DNA of 64,000 nucleotides from Mobula hypostoma (taxonomy: Eukaryota): assembly GCF_963921235.1 (NCBI RefSeq), contig NC_086097.1, positions 3,472,001 to 3,536,000 on the forward strand. Direction: 5' to 3'. Numbering within the stretch: position 1 is the first letter of the stretch; every line of letters begins with the position of its first letter. The translations under genes and the position numbers were made by a program. A model generated the notes under the pieces. The model was not told the DNA's origin. It saw nothing but the letters and a program-made list of their open reading frames with translations, and did no database searches. Positions 51,111 through 64,000 of this stretch are shown piece by piece.

Positions 51111-51785
51111 GAGGAGGAGAAGATGGCGACGCGACGGCAGCGCGCACGGCCTCTCTGGTGAATGATATCTGTAATCTGTCAAGTAGGGGACTGTGCGCAA
51201 TTCTGATTTGATGGAGACAGATGTGAGAGTACGGAGGAACATCTGGAGAAACTTCTGAAATGCCCGCTTCGCTGCCGCTGCTACTGTGTGGTAACCAGAA
51301 TCTCTGGAGCAGAAGGCCCCGAATCCTCAGCTTTGCTTGTTTCAGCGGCCGGGGCGAGGTTGAAGGCGCTCAGCAGAGGATGGCGCTCGGGAGGCTGTAT
51401 CGGAGGGGCTGGTCGAAGGCTCAAAGTTTTCGGATGGATGGACTCAATGTCGGCTGTGGTTGGCTGCTTCCAAGGCATCGGCAAGTTGACGGTGCCTGGA
51501 GGTTTATGGCGGGGAGTTTCTCCCTTTTGCCGCCTGCTATCGGGCACTCGGGAGTCGATTGACTTGGGGATTTTGAGACTTTTTTTTTACCATACCCATG
51601 GTTTGTTCTTCATCAAATTATGGTATTGCTTTGCACTGCTGTAGTTATGTGGTTCTGTCAGTGTTAGTCTTTGGTTTGTCCTGTTTTTCTGTGATATCAC
51701 TCTGGAGAAATGTATCATTTCTTAATGCATGTATGCATTTCTAAATGACAATAAAAGAGGACTGAGTATTCTCATAATCTAAATT
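51111..51785 (+). mobile_element. Non-coding, CpG-rich retroposon-like element
   Basis: Abrupt start at gaggaggagAAGATGGCG, GC-rich body, T-rich 3' part ending atgacAATAAA like LINE-type tails elsewhere in the window. Confidence 0.6.
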
Positions 51786-53271
51786 GAAAAACTCAAAAAT
51801 TAAAAAAATCAGGACTGATTTAATACATTGTGTTTTCTGCAGATGAAGAATCCTGATCATTCCAAATGAGCATTTCACTTTTAAATTTTTTTGTAAGAAA
51901 CAAGTTACAGAGAAAGGTTGAACAAGTTGGGTCTTTATTCTTTGGATTGTAGAAGGTTGAGGAGGGACTTGATAGAGGTATTTAAAATTATGAGGGGGAT
52001 AGATAGAGTTGACTAGAGTTGATTTTCCATTGAGAGTGGGGGAGATTCAAACAAGAGGACATGAGTTGAGAGTTAGGAGGCAAAAGTTTAGGGGTAACAT
52101 GTGAGGGATCTTCTTTACTCAGAGAGTGGTAGCTGTGTGGAATGAGCTTCCAGTAGAAGTGGTAGAGGCCGGTTCGATATTGTCATTTAAAGAAAAATTG
52201 GATAGGTATATGGACAGGAAAGGAATGGAGGGTTATGGGCTGAGTGCAGGTCGGTGGGACTAGGTGAGAGTAAGAGTTCGGCACGGACTAGAAGGGCCGG
52301 GATGGCCTGTTTCCGTGCTGTAATTGCTAAATGGTTATATGGTAATTGTTAAGATGCCTCTCATAGTGAAATCTATACCAATACTAAATATTTAACAGTG
52401 AACAAAGTAAATAGATTGTGCATAATATCCACTTAAACTAACCAACAGTCTAGACGAGCACTGATTGATCCACAGTGTAATGAAATCATAAGGTATGAGT
52501 CAGCATTCTTTATGGAGGATGTGAGCACTAATCTCAGTAAGGGACCATTAAGTCATATTAGACATTTATTTTGGGAAATGTGTGGCATTTGATAATCTAC
52601 GTACAGTTTGCGACAATTAAGAAAAAGGACAAAATGACACAGTAAAAGTTTTAGTACACTGGCTGAAACAGCATATCACACTTTCTAGTTTGGATTTAAT
52701 TTTAATGCTTATATTTACTGTATTTAATAATATCTTATTTATCGAGCTCTTTTCATGCAGATAATGTGACTTACAATGGGATAAAGTGCAAACCTGAAAA
52801 TAAAATTAAAAAGTTGTTGGTTAAAAGCAAGGTTAAATAAATAGGTTCTGATCTGGTGTTTAAAAGCTTCACCTGAGTCTGCATTCCTTATAGTTTTAGG
52901 TATTGAATTCCTCCATTTAAGAGCGTAGTTCAAAAAAGCTGACTTGCCAATTATCTTTTGAGGGCGATTGTTAAGATTTAAGAGACCCAGGGGAAGAAGA
53001 CCTGAGAGTTCGAGCAGAATTATAAAACAAAAGTGATACTGTGATGTACTCCAGTTCCAGACCATTGAGAGCTTTAAATACAAGTGAACTTTAAAACCAG
53101 TTCTAAAACATATGGGAACCCTATGCAGAGCAGCTAGGACAGAGTGGTATGTTCCCGCGTCCTGGTTTCAGCAGCTGCATTGTGAATGAGTTGCAGTTTG
53201 TCAATAGGTTGCTTCAGAAGGCCAGTAGAAAGAGCACTGCAGTAAACTAGGCTATTTGATATAAAGGTGTT

Positions 53272-55240
53272 TATTTACAACAGTGGTGCCATCTGACAGG
53301 CTTCAGTCTTGGAATGTTTGAAATGTGTTGGTGACACCCTAAGTTTAACAGATGTTACAGACATGTGTCGACACAGAGTCGTACTCCAGTTTGTAACAAC
53401 TTGATCAGGCAAGCTGCCCGGCATTACTGGAAGTTACTCAACCAACTGGTTAATGGTTTAATTTCAAAGAAATGTCCCTTTGTTCAGCTTTAAGGAGGAG
53501 AAAAGGATTAACGACAGGCAAGTTAATTAACAATCTTTAGCAGTATCTTCTCCAATTAGTGGCAGAATTCATATTCTTGTGATTGAAATTGATCTGATTT
53601 ATCAATTATAGAAGCAAAATTAGGAAATGATTGGACAGTTATAGATGTTGGGCTCAGTTCAAGAATAATTCATTTACTGACTTTAAGAAATAAGAAATAT
53701 TGCCCTCATTCCCCCTATTATTTTCAAAGCTGTTTTTGCTTTCAAAGGCCAATTGTTTCAGATAAGAACTGGATACAAGAACCTGTCCCTGAAATTAAAG
53801 CATTTACTAGTCAGTTGAACGACTTGCAGTAATGCCAGGCAGCTTGTCTGATCAAATTGCTACAAGCTGGAGTGTCACTCTCCGTCAATAACAGCCGTTA
53901 AACAGATAATGACACCAACAGATCTCAAACATTCCAAAATTGCAGACATCCCACCTCTCCTGGAAGTTCCGGGAGTCTCCCATATGTCGACAGTGGTTCC
54001 CTGACGTCCACAAATTATATACAATCTCCCGGAAATCGATTTTTTTGAAAGAGAGAGAGAGAGAGAGGGAGAGAGCGGGAGGGAGGGAGAGAGGGAAAGC
54101 CGAGAGGGGGAGAGGGAGGGAGAGAGAGAGAGTGACAGAGAGAGCATCCTGATTGGTCTGTCTTTGTGCCAAGTAGACCTATCAATTTTCTCTGTGGGCG
54201 GGCTTTACAGTCGATTTAAAGGGGATTAGAGCGGTGTTTAAATTGGAGTGAAATTCCAAAATCGTCCGCAAAAACATCTTTAAAAATGCACTCGCAGCTA
54301 GCAAATTCTTCGGGGTTTTTTCCCTGAATCACTTCCACTTACAGGTACATGGAAGCCCGCGATGGGTTGTGTTTAAGCGCAGCCGTTTTCAGAAGAAAAA
54401 CTGATTTTAATAAATACCCGGCCACCGCCGAGGTCTCGTCATTAGGACAGTGAACTGTTTACCTGTGCTGTGCACTTTATATGCATTTTGAATTACACTT
54501 TATTAAATAATGTAATATATTGTTTATGTGGTGTGTATGACCTATGTATTGTGGCTACACTGTGGTCCAGACAGAGGTGGTTTTGTTTGTGGACAATCAG
54601 CCAGTTGACAATAAACTTGATCTTGAAGATACAGAACTTCTAAATGACTCATTTAAAATCCCTCATTTCGATGTAAAAAAGTAAGTTCTGATCCCGACTA
54701 TTGCAGACAGTGTGTGTGTGTGTGTGACTACTGACGTTTATGCGATCGGTGGTTGTCCGAATGGACGTTAAGCGGTGCACACCTGTAATAAGGAAACACT
54801 TTATGCTTTTATTTCTTTTAGAGACCACAACATATCAGGGAGGCTAAGCACAGGGAAGGCTGCTCAAGTATTTCACAGTTCTTTTCAGCAGGAAACCAAA
54901 GTCTGACAGAGAAGGTCACTAGAGCTGAGATGTACTTTACATCTTGAGCATGACCTGCCATTCCAGGTGTGGAAGCACACAGGCAAGCTATTCAGGAAAA
55001 TGTTTCCTGATTCAGAAATAGCAAAAAACTATGCTTGCTCATCAACCAAGACAGCAGCTATTGTGAACATGGCACATTAAGACAGAATTCAGAAGTCAGC
55101 TGTCTCTGTGAATCTGATGTCTTACAAAATTAACAAATTCGTTGACACAGACTGCTATGAGGTTGAGACTTCCCTGAAATGAGTTTTTGCAGGGTGGGCT
55201 GTCTGAGATTGAAACCTGTCAGGCAGCACCACTGTAAATA
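53272..55240. mobile_element. Fold-back MITE with ~220-bp inverted arms; right arm split by a hAT element
   Basis: 53272-53490 is the reverse complement of 53765-53942 + 55206-55240 (e.g. ttgatcaggcaagctgcccggcattactg vs cagtaatgccaggcagcttgtctgatcaa). Confidence 0.8.
53943..55205 (+). mobile_element. Internally deleted hAT-superfamily transposon with transposase remnants
   Basis: TIRs CAGACATCCCACC / GGTGGGCTGTCTG; remnant KVTRAEMYF...GKLFRKMFPDSEIAKNYACSSTKTAAIVN at ~54910-55070; 6-bp flanks aaattg/agattg. Confidence 0.85.
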
Positions 55241-57049
55241 CAATTATTAAAATTTAAATTAAATCCATATGAAGAAATGGCTGTTTTGTTTTATTGTTAA
55301 TAAATAAAATAACTATAATTAAAATTAAATCCAAACTAAGAAAATGGTGCAACGTTCAGCCACAATAACTGATCCATATGTAGAAATCTGAAAAATTAGC
55401 AGATATGCAAATTGACATTAGTGCAATCATATAACAGTAATTACTGGCAACACAATCAGCAGTTACTCAATCTATTCCCAGACCTGCACACATGAAAGAA
55501 ATAGAAAGATGTTAAAAATTCTGGAATTGTAATTCCATATAAAGAGAAACAGGGAATACTGGAAGCACCTAGAATTCCCTGTTTTATTTTAGATTTGCAA
55601 CCTGCAGCTTTTTGCTACAAGTTAAGAAGACATTTTATTAGTGTACGTATTTGAGTTACTGTCACCTTCCTGTCAGCTTGAACCAGTCTGGCCATTATCC
55701 TCTGACCTCTCTCACTAAGAAGGCGTTTTCACCCACAGGACTGTCCCTCCGCTGGATGCGTGTTTTGTTTTTCACGCCATCCTCTGTAAACTGTTGTGTG
55801 TAAAAGTCCCAGGCAATCATCAGTTTTTGAGACAGTCAAACCACCCCATCTGGCACCAACAATCATTCCACAAAGTCACTTAGATCACATTTCTGACGTG
55901 TTTCTGTTGCTTAGTCTGAACAACAGCAAATCTCCTGACCACGTCTGCACGCTTTCATGCACTGAGTTGCTGCCACATGATTGGCTGATTAGATATTTGC
56001 AAAACTGAGCAGGTTTACTGGAGGACCTAATTAAGTGGCGTCCTAGTACATCTTGCCAAATATCCATCCTCTTCTGTCTCAGAAACGTAGTAGAGAAACA
56101 GGCTCAGACTAGCTATCAACCACTTATTTACATTAAAACTACATTAACCCAGGTTTATTCTCCAACATTCCCAGCAACTCCATAATCCCACCTCCCCTTC
56201 CCAAATCCTATCCTCACCATTGCACAAGAGTAGATTTACAGCAGCCGGAATCAGAATCAGAAATGGAATCGGAATACCGCAGGCATATGTTGTGATGGTT
56301 CTCGGATTTATTGAGTATGCCCACAAGAAAATGAATCTTAGGGTTGTATACGGTGATATATATATATGTACTTTGACAATACAATTTACTTTGAAATTGG
56401 AAGCTTGTTGTTTTGTGCCAGCAACATATTGAAATGCATAATAATGAGGGAGTGTATGTGGGTTCATTGCTCAGAAATCTGATGGTGGAAGGGAAGAAGC
56501 TGTTTCAAAGATGTTCAGTGTTCCACCGACTTGATGGTAGGAAAGAGAAGAGGGTGTCTCTGGGGTACGGGGTCCTGAATGATGGATGCTGCCTTTTTGA
56601 GGAATTGCATTTTGAAGGTGTCCTGGATGCTGCGGAGGCTAGTGCCCACGATGGAGCTGACTGAGTTTACACGTTCCTGCAGCTTTCCCAGCACTGTGCG
56701 GTGCCCCCATACCCAGCGCTAATACAACCAGTTAGAATGGTCTCCACAGTCATTTTGCACATCTTTGGCATACGGGCTGAAACTGGTGTTCCAAGGCAGA
56801 AGTCCCATCTGCTGTGATAGTGTGCTGATTGCACCGCAGGGTGATAGAACTGAAATTGCTTTATATTCCCATTCATAAATAATGGCAGCTCTGTACTGTA
56901 CACTACAATGACACTCTGTACTATGCACCACAGTGATGGTCAGTGCTGTACACCACACTGGTGGTAAGTACCGTACTCCACAGTGACTATTAGTATTGTC
57001 CACTGCAGTGACGGTCAGTACTTTTCACCACAGTGACTGTCTGTACTGG

Positions 57050-60000
57050 TGCGGCGAGCTGCAGCTCCTTAGGGACTGTGTTTGAGAACTGGAGATGCAG
57101 CTTGATCATCTTCGTCTGGTCAGGGAGAGTGAGGAGGTGATGGAGAGGAGCTAGAGGCAGGTAGTCACACCGGGGCCTCAGGAGACAGACAAGTGGGTAA
57201 CAGTCAGGAGAGGGAAGGGCAGGAGTCAGAGGCTAGAGAGTATCCTGGTGGCTGCCCCCTTAACAGTAAGTACTCCTGTTTGGCCTTCCTGGGGGAAGCA
57301 ACAGTGGCCATGCCTCTGGCACAGAGTCTGGCCCTGTAGCTCAGATGGGCAGGGAAAGGAAGAGGATGGCAGCAGTAATAGGGGACTCTATTGTGAGGGG
57401 GTCAGACAGGCGATTCTGTGGACGCGGGAAAGAAACATGGATGGTAGTTTGCCTCCCAGGTGCCTGGGTCCAGGATGTTTCTGATTGTGTCCATGATATC
57501 CTGAAGTGGGAAGGTGAACAGCCAGAGGTTGTGGAACCTATTGGTACCCACGATATAGGTAGGAGAAGGGAGGAGGTCCTGAAAACAGACGACAGGGAGT
57601 TAGAAAAGAAGTTGAGAAGCAGGACCTCAAAGGTTGTAATCTCGGGATTACTGCCCGTGCCACGTGACAGTGAGTATAGAAATAAAATGAGGTGGAGGAT
57701 AAATGCGTGGCTGAGGGATTGGAGCAGGGGGCAGGGATTCAGATTTCTGGATCATTGGGACCTCTTTTGGGGCAGGTGTGACCTGTACAAAAAGGACGGG
57801 TTGCACTTGAATCCCAGGGGGACCAATATCCTGGCGGGGAGGTTTGCTAAGGCTACTGGAGAGAGTTTAAACTAGAATTGCTGGGGAGTGGGAACCGAAC
57901 TGAAGAGACTGGGGAAGAGGCAGTTGGCTCACAAATAGAGAAAGCCTGGAGACCGTGTGTGAGGGAGGATAGAGAAAGGATACATTCAGACTGAAGGTTT
58001 GAGATGTATCTATTTTAATGCAAGGAGTATCATGAACAAAGCGGATGAGCTAATAGCGTGGATCAGTACTTGGGGCTATGATGTTGTGGCCATTACAGAG
58101 ACTTGGATGGCTTGGGGGCAGGAATGGTTACTTCAAGTGCTGGGCTTTAGATGTTTCAGAAAGGACAGGGAGGGAGACAAAAGAGGTGGGGGCATGGCAG
58201 TGTCAGAGATAGTGTCATGGTTGCAGAAAAGGTGGACGTCATGGAGGGATTGTCTACGGAGTCTCTGTGGGTGGAAGTTAGAAACAAGAAGGGGTCAATA
58301 ACTCTACTGGGTGTATTTTATAGACCGCCCAATAGTAACAGGGATGTCGAGGAGCTATTAGGGAGACAGATTCTGGAACGGTGCAATAATAACAGGGTTG
58401 TCGTGATGGGAGATTTTAATTTCCCAAATATTGATTAGCATCTCCCTAGAGCAAGGGGTTTCGATGGGGTGGAGTTTGTTCGGTGTGTTCAGGAAGGTTT
58501 CCTGACACAATATGTAGATAAGCCTACAAGAGGAGAGGCTGTGCTTGATCTGGTATTGAGAAATGAATTTGGTCAGGTGTCAGGTCTCTCAGTGGGAGAA
58601 TATTTTGGAGATAGTGATCACAATACTATCTCCTTTCCCATAGTCATGGAGTTGACTTGCAGCAGACTGAAAAGCTTGAGCATATAGACATTAAAAAAGA
58701 GAATATGCTGGAGCTTTTGGAAATTGGTCACCGGTCACCGGGACCGGATGAGATGTACCCCAGGATACTGTGGGAGGTGAGGGAGGAGATTGCTGAGCCT
58801 CTAGCAATGATCTTTGCATTATCAGTGGGGACGGAAGAGGTTCTGGTGGATTGGAGGGTTGCAGATGTTGTTCCCCAAGAAATGGAGTAGAGATAGCCCA
58901 GGAAATTATAGACCAGTGAGTCTTACTATGGTGATTGGTAAGTTGATGGAGAAGATCCTGAGAGGCAGGATTTATGAACATTTGGAGAGGTATAATATGA
59001 TTAGGAATAGTCAGCAATGCTTTGTCAAGTGCAGGTCATGTCTTACAAGCTTGATTGAATTTTTTGAGGATGTGACTAAACAGATTGATGAAGGAAGAGC
59101 AGTGGATATAGTATATATGGATTTCAGCAAGGCATTTGATAAGGTACCCCATGCAAGGATTATTGAGAAAGTAATTAGGCATGGGATCCAAGGGGACATT
59201 GCTTTGTGGATCCAGAAATAGCCTGTCCACGGAAGGCAAAGGGTGGTTGTAGCCGGGTCATATTCTGCATGGAGGTCGGTGACCAGTGGTGTGCCTCAGG
59301 GATCTGTTCTCGGACCCCTTCTCTTTGTTATTTTTATAAATGACCTGGATGAGGCAGTGGAGAGATGGGTTAGTAAATTTGCTGATGACACAAAGGTTTG
59401 GGGTGTTGTGGATAGTATGGAGGGCTGTCAGAGGTTACAGTGGGACACTGATAGGATACAAAACTTGGCTGAGAAGTGGCAGATGGAGTTCAACCCAGAT
59501 AAATGTGAGGTGGTTCATTTTGGTAGGTCAAATATGATGGCAGAATATAGTATTAATGGTAAGACTCTTGGCAGTGTGGAGGATCGGAGGGATATTGGGG
59601 TCCGAGTCCATAGGACACCCAAAGCTGCTGCGTAGGTTGACTCTGTGGTTAAGAAGGCATACGGTGAATTGGCCTTCATTAACTGTGGGACTGAGTTTAA
59701 GAGCCGAGAGGTAATGTTGCAGCTCTATAGGACCCCGGTCAGACCCCACTTGGAGTACTGTGCTCAGTTCTGGTCGCCTCGCTACAGGAAGGATGTGGAA
59801 ACCATAGAAAGGGTGCAGAGGAGATTTACAAGGACGTTGCCTGGATTGGGGAGCATGCCTTATGAGAATAGGTTGAGTGAACTTGGTCTTTTCTCCTTGG
59901 AGCGACAGAGGATGAGAGGTGACTTGATAGACGTGTATAAGATGATGAGAGGCATTGATCGTATGGATAGTCAGAGTCTTTTTCCCAGGACTGAAATGGC

Positions 60001-60283
60001 TGTAACGAGAGGGCACAGTTTTAAGGTGCTGGGGAGTAGGTACAGAGGAGATGTCAGGGGTAAGTGTTTTATGCAGAGAGTGGTGAGTGCGTGGAATGGG
60101 CTGCCGGCAACGACAGTGGAGGTGGATACGATAGGGTCTTTTAAGAGACTTTTGGATCGGTACATGGAGTTTAGAAAAATAGAGGGTTATAGGTAAAGCC
60201 TAGGTAGTTCTAAGGACTTGTTCAGCACAGCTTTGTGGGCCAAAGGGCCTGTATTGCGCTGTAAGTTTTCTATGTTTCTATGA
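57050..60283 (+). mobile_element. Near-complete CR1 LINE (ORF1 SGNH esterase, endonuclease, RT), with stops, frameshifts and an internal deletion
   Basis: VIGDSIVRG...CLPGA...DGLHLNPRGT (57345-57875); YFNARSI/VAITETW/YRPPN/GDFN/SDH; RT NYRPVSLT, DFSKAFD, GVPQGSVLGP, FADDTK; (TTCTATG)-type tail. Confidence 0.95.
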
Positions 60284-62090
60284 CGGTAGGTACTGTAACT
60301 GTCTGTACTGTACAGTACAATGACAGTCTGTACTGTGTACTACAGTGACGGTTGGCACTGTACACAGTACTTCAGAAACATGTTCTTCCAACCTGATGAT
60401 CGTTTGAAGTCCACTCCCTGCCATCAAGGCATGAAGAACATGAAGGTGCTGGGAAAAGACCAGTAAGATCATGGAAGTTTGCACCCACCTTTTCATGAAC
60501 TGTCAGGATGAAGTCTTTGTAGCATCGACACCAGCTTATGAGACTCAGAAGCAGTAACGGTAATGACTACCTGCACCCTCTAACCCACCTCTACACACCC
60601 CCCGACTACCCCTACTTCACCTTCCTGTCAGTCACCTCCTGTACAGTCACTCCTGGCCTAGCATCACTTTCTGGGCATGCAATCAATCTACGGATTTTAG
60701 CTCTTTATGTATTTATTGCAGTTGTGTGTGTGTTTTTATTATTGTGTTCTTTATCTTACTGGTTTATTTTGCTGCTTAGGATCCGGAGTAACAATTATTT
60801 TGTTTTCCTTTACACTCGTGTACTGGAAATTGCATTAAATAATCTTGAATCTCGAATCTTCAGGAAGCATCAATCAGGCTGTGACAGAAATCAAGGTATA
60901 ATTAGTCAGTGTTCCAATTTGTGCAACCCAGTTCCTAAGGAAGCGTAGTCTTGAGATGAAGAGGTTACTGTAGTTACATCAGTCTACATAAGAGCATGAA
61001 GTATAATCAACGCAGATCTGATTGCCTCCGACAGCTGAACGCCTTTGTAGCTGGCTCCGTGAACAAGTAGCAGAACTCAGACTTACACTTAGGCTGAGCA
61101 TATTCCAGAAATAACTCCAGATCTGTTTTTCAAACTGAATAGTGAAACAAAAAATAAGCACACAAAAATTAATAAACTTATGATGGTTTGGGCATAGACC
61201 CTTCATCAGGACAGCCTAAATAAGGACTATGGCCTCTTTATACCGCTCCATGGATGCTGCCTGACCTGCTGAGTTCCTCCAGCACTTTCCGTGTGTTGCT
61301 CTGGATTTCCAGCATCTGCAGAATCTCTTGTGTTTATATAAAATTAAAATGTTTTTCTCTGTTCCAAATTATAATATATTAGATGTAGGTGATTGTCTAA
61401 TTGTAATAACAGATTGAAATTACTGAGTTTTCCGTCAGAGGAAGCTGGCTCTGTTCTCTTTTCACTGATCTCTGAAAAGAGGAGAGTTCATCTGTCATTG
61501 ATTAATTAGTAAGAATTCAAGTACCATTTTACTTTTCCTGGCAGAGATGTAACTTCTACCAGGAGGAAGTGTCAGGCTTCTTCGGAGGTGAGCTGCAGTA
61601 AATATTGAATGTTGTCCATAAAACAACAAGTCTCCATTTAGACCGAGCTCCAGACACAACATATAATGACTCTGAATTTCACCAGAATTTTACAGTATGG
61701 CAGTGAAATGGTGATAGTTTCTGTGGATATTGCTGCATTAGTGACTTTTGTGGAATATACAGAGGAATTTCTCTAACAAGTTCCAAAATCATTTACACTC
61801 CCCCAAAGTTACTGAAAGACCAGTGAATTCATTTACAGCGTCTCATCCTCATGTCAAAATTATTGCCCTGCATATGGGCTTGGTTTAAGTAGATTTAATG
61901 GATTCACATATGAAGCACTAGTAGTGTAATACTGTTTACTCTTCAACTCGTGTCATAAATGCATCATCATCATCATTATATTATGTCGTGTGATGATGTC
62001 AGTGATAATGATCAGGAATAACCAGGAATGATCTTGGCAGATTTTTCTGCAGAAGTGGCTTGCCATTGCATTCTTCTGGGCAGTGTCATT

Positions 62091-62370
62091 CATCGTCATC
62101 GTGGCTATCCCTCGAGGTCGAGGATGATGGTCTTCGTTCTGAAGAAGTGGCCCACAGAGTGAAGATGCCTGTGCGTGTAGTTGTTTAATGTGTACTTGAT
62201 GTTGCACTCCAAGAAGCACACGATACTTCACAATCAACCAACTGATTCCAATGGCATGGAAACCACGACAATTGGAGCTGATGGATTTGTTGCAGCCTTT
62301 ATCCGCCTTCACAGCCGTTGAGTTCGAAGTAACTTCGTCCGCCTGTTCCACCTTTGAGGTCTTGGTTGGA
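62091..62370 (-). mobile_element. 280-bp retroposon with RTE-like 3' end, nested in another short repeat
   Basis: Exact 12-bp TSD ggcagtgtcatt (62079-62090, 62371-62382); minus-strand 3' end CCTCGACCTCGAGGGATAGCCAC followed by a short GAT/GAC tail. Confidence 0.7.
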
Positions 62371-62719
62371 GGCAGTGTCATTACAAGGTGATTGAATCCA
62401 GCCATTATCAATACTCCTCAGAGACTGTCTGCTTGGCACCAGGACTTGTGATATGTACCAGCTACCCATACAACCATCTATCACCTGCTCCCAGGGGCTC
62501 ATGTGACCCTAACAGGACAGATTATAATATAATTTCAGATCTATAGAGTAATAGTGCGGATTGGTGTGGATTTGTTCCTTGCCCTTTTGTTAATACTGCT
62601 TCTTTCACCGTGCTCATGGGTACATTCTTCCCTCAGAAGGCTCATTGGGTAGGCCCCATGCACCAAACCTTTCATTCTAATTGGCCAGACGCATTCGCAG
62701 GCATAGTCATAGATTCCTT

Positions 62720-64000
62720 AAGACCATAAGATATAGGAGTAGGATTATGCCAATTGGCCTATCGAGTCTACTCTGCCATTTCATCAAGCCTGATCCATTT
62801 ACCCTCTCAGTCCCAATTTCCTGCCTTCTGGTAACCCTCACGCTCTGACTGATCAACAATCTATCAGACTCTGCTTAAATATACCCAATGACTTGGCCTT
62901 CACAGGCTCAGGTGACAATAAATTCCATAGATTTTCTACTCTCTGGCTAAAGAAATTCTTCCTCATTACCATTCTAAAAGGATGCCCCTCTATCTTGAGG
63001 CTGTGTCCATGAGACCGTAGGACACAGCAGCAGAATTAAGCCATTCACCCCATCGAGTCTTCTCCACCATTAAATCGTGGCAGATCCTGGATCGCACTCA
63101 ACCCCATACACCTGCCTTATCACCATATCCTTCGATGCCCTGACCAATCAGGAAATGATCAACTTCCGCCTTAAATATATGCATGGACTTGGCCCCCACC
63201 GCAGTCTGTGGCAGATCATTCCACAGATTCACTCCTCTCTGGCTTTAGAAAATCCTCCTTACCTCTGTGTCCCCTCAATTTTGAAGCTGTGTGCACTGGT
63301 TCTGGATACCCCCACCATAGGAAACGTCCTCTCCACATCCACCCTATCTAGTCCTTTCAACATTCAGTAGGTCTCAATGAGATCCCCCCCCCTACAGTCT
63401 TCTAAATTATAGTGAGTACAGGCCCAAAGCTTCCAAATGCTCCTCATATGTTAACCCCTTCATTCCTGGAATCACCCTCATGAACCTTCCCTGGACTCTC
63501 TCCAATGACAACTCGTCCTTTCTGAGAAATGGAGTCCAAAACTGTTGACAGTTCTCTAAAAGCGGCCTGGCTAGTGTCTTATAAAGGTTCAGCATTACCT
63601 CCTTGCTTTTATATTCTATTCCCCTTGAAATAAATCCCAACATTGCATTTGCCTTCTTTACCACAGACTCAACCTGTAAATTAACCTTCTGGGAGTCTTC
63701 AATGAGAACTCCTAACTCCCTCTGCACCTCTGATGTTTGAACCTTCTCCTTACTTAGATAATAGTTCGCACTGTTGTTCCTTTTACCAAAATTCATTATC
63801 ATACATTTCCCAACACTGTATTCCATTTGCCGCTTTTTTGCCCATTCTTCCAATTTGTCTAAGTCCTGTTGCAATCACATTGCTTCCTCAGCATTACCTA
63901 CCCCTCCACCTATCTTCATATCATTTGCAAACTTTGCCACAAAGCCATCAATTCCATTATCTAAGTCATTGACAAACAATGGGAAAAGCACCAAAGCATC
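62720..64000 (-). mobile_element. Two adjacent CR1 3' fragments, the second running off the window
   Basis: ORF 63407-63874 (LYKTLARPLLE) plus two 3' UTRs starting ~62720 and ~63010. Confidence 0.9.

Noticed and set aside
57345..57875. Host SGNH/GDSL esterase gene
   Set aside because: It is ORF1 of a CR1 LINE, directly followed by endonuclease and RT; a second copy lies at 4103-4904.

Overview
Eukaryotic, repeat-dense vertebrate DNA. The repeat complement (CR1 LINEs with SGNH-esterase ORF1, HE1/V-type SINEs, Neptune-like Penelope elements) points to a cartilaginous fish, probably a ray; this is inference. The only host gene I can support is PRIMA1 (proline-rich membrane anchor of acetylcholinesterase) on the minus strand. 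It lies in a CpG island (~33.3-34.7 kb), with a signal-peptide exon (33642-33559) and the PRAD poly-proline exon (33439-33289). I found no transmembrane exon, so 1-33288 is probably one long intron and >34.7 kb is upstream intergenic DNA. The rest is largely decayed, often nested transposons: CR1, L1/Tx1, Rex1/Babar, R4/Dong, HERO, a Gmr1-like Gypsy, Penelope, Tc1, hAT and SINEs. Most notable: (i) short Penelope-derived, often fold-back inserts carrying a minimal hammerhead-ribozyme motif and 14-bp target duplications; (ii) an internally deleted HERO element whose N-terminal zinc finger is fused in frame to its extreme C-terminus; (iii) a doubly truncated Gypsy segment flanked by a 12-16 bp duplication that integrase should not make; (iv) a hAT derivative with a 6-bp TSD, confirmed by the fold-back element it interrupts; (v) non-coding retroposon-like elements with a YY1-type head. 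Boundaries of old repeats are approximate. Family names come from motif recognition, not database searches.
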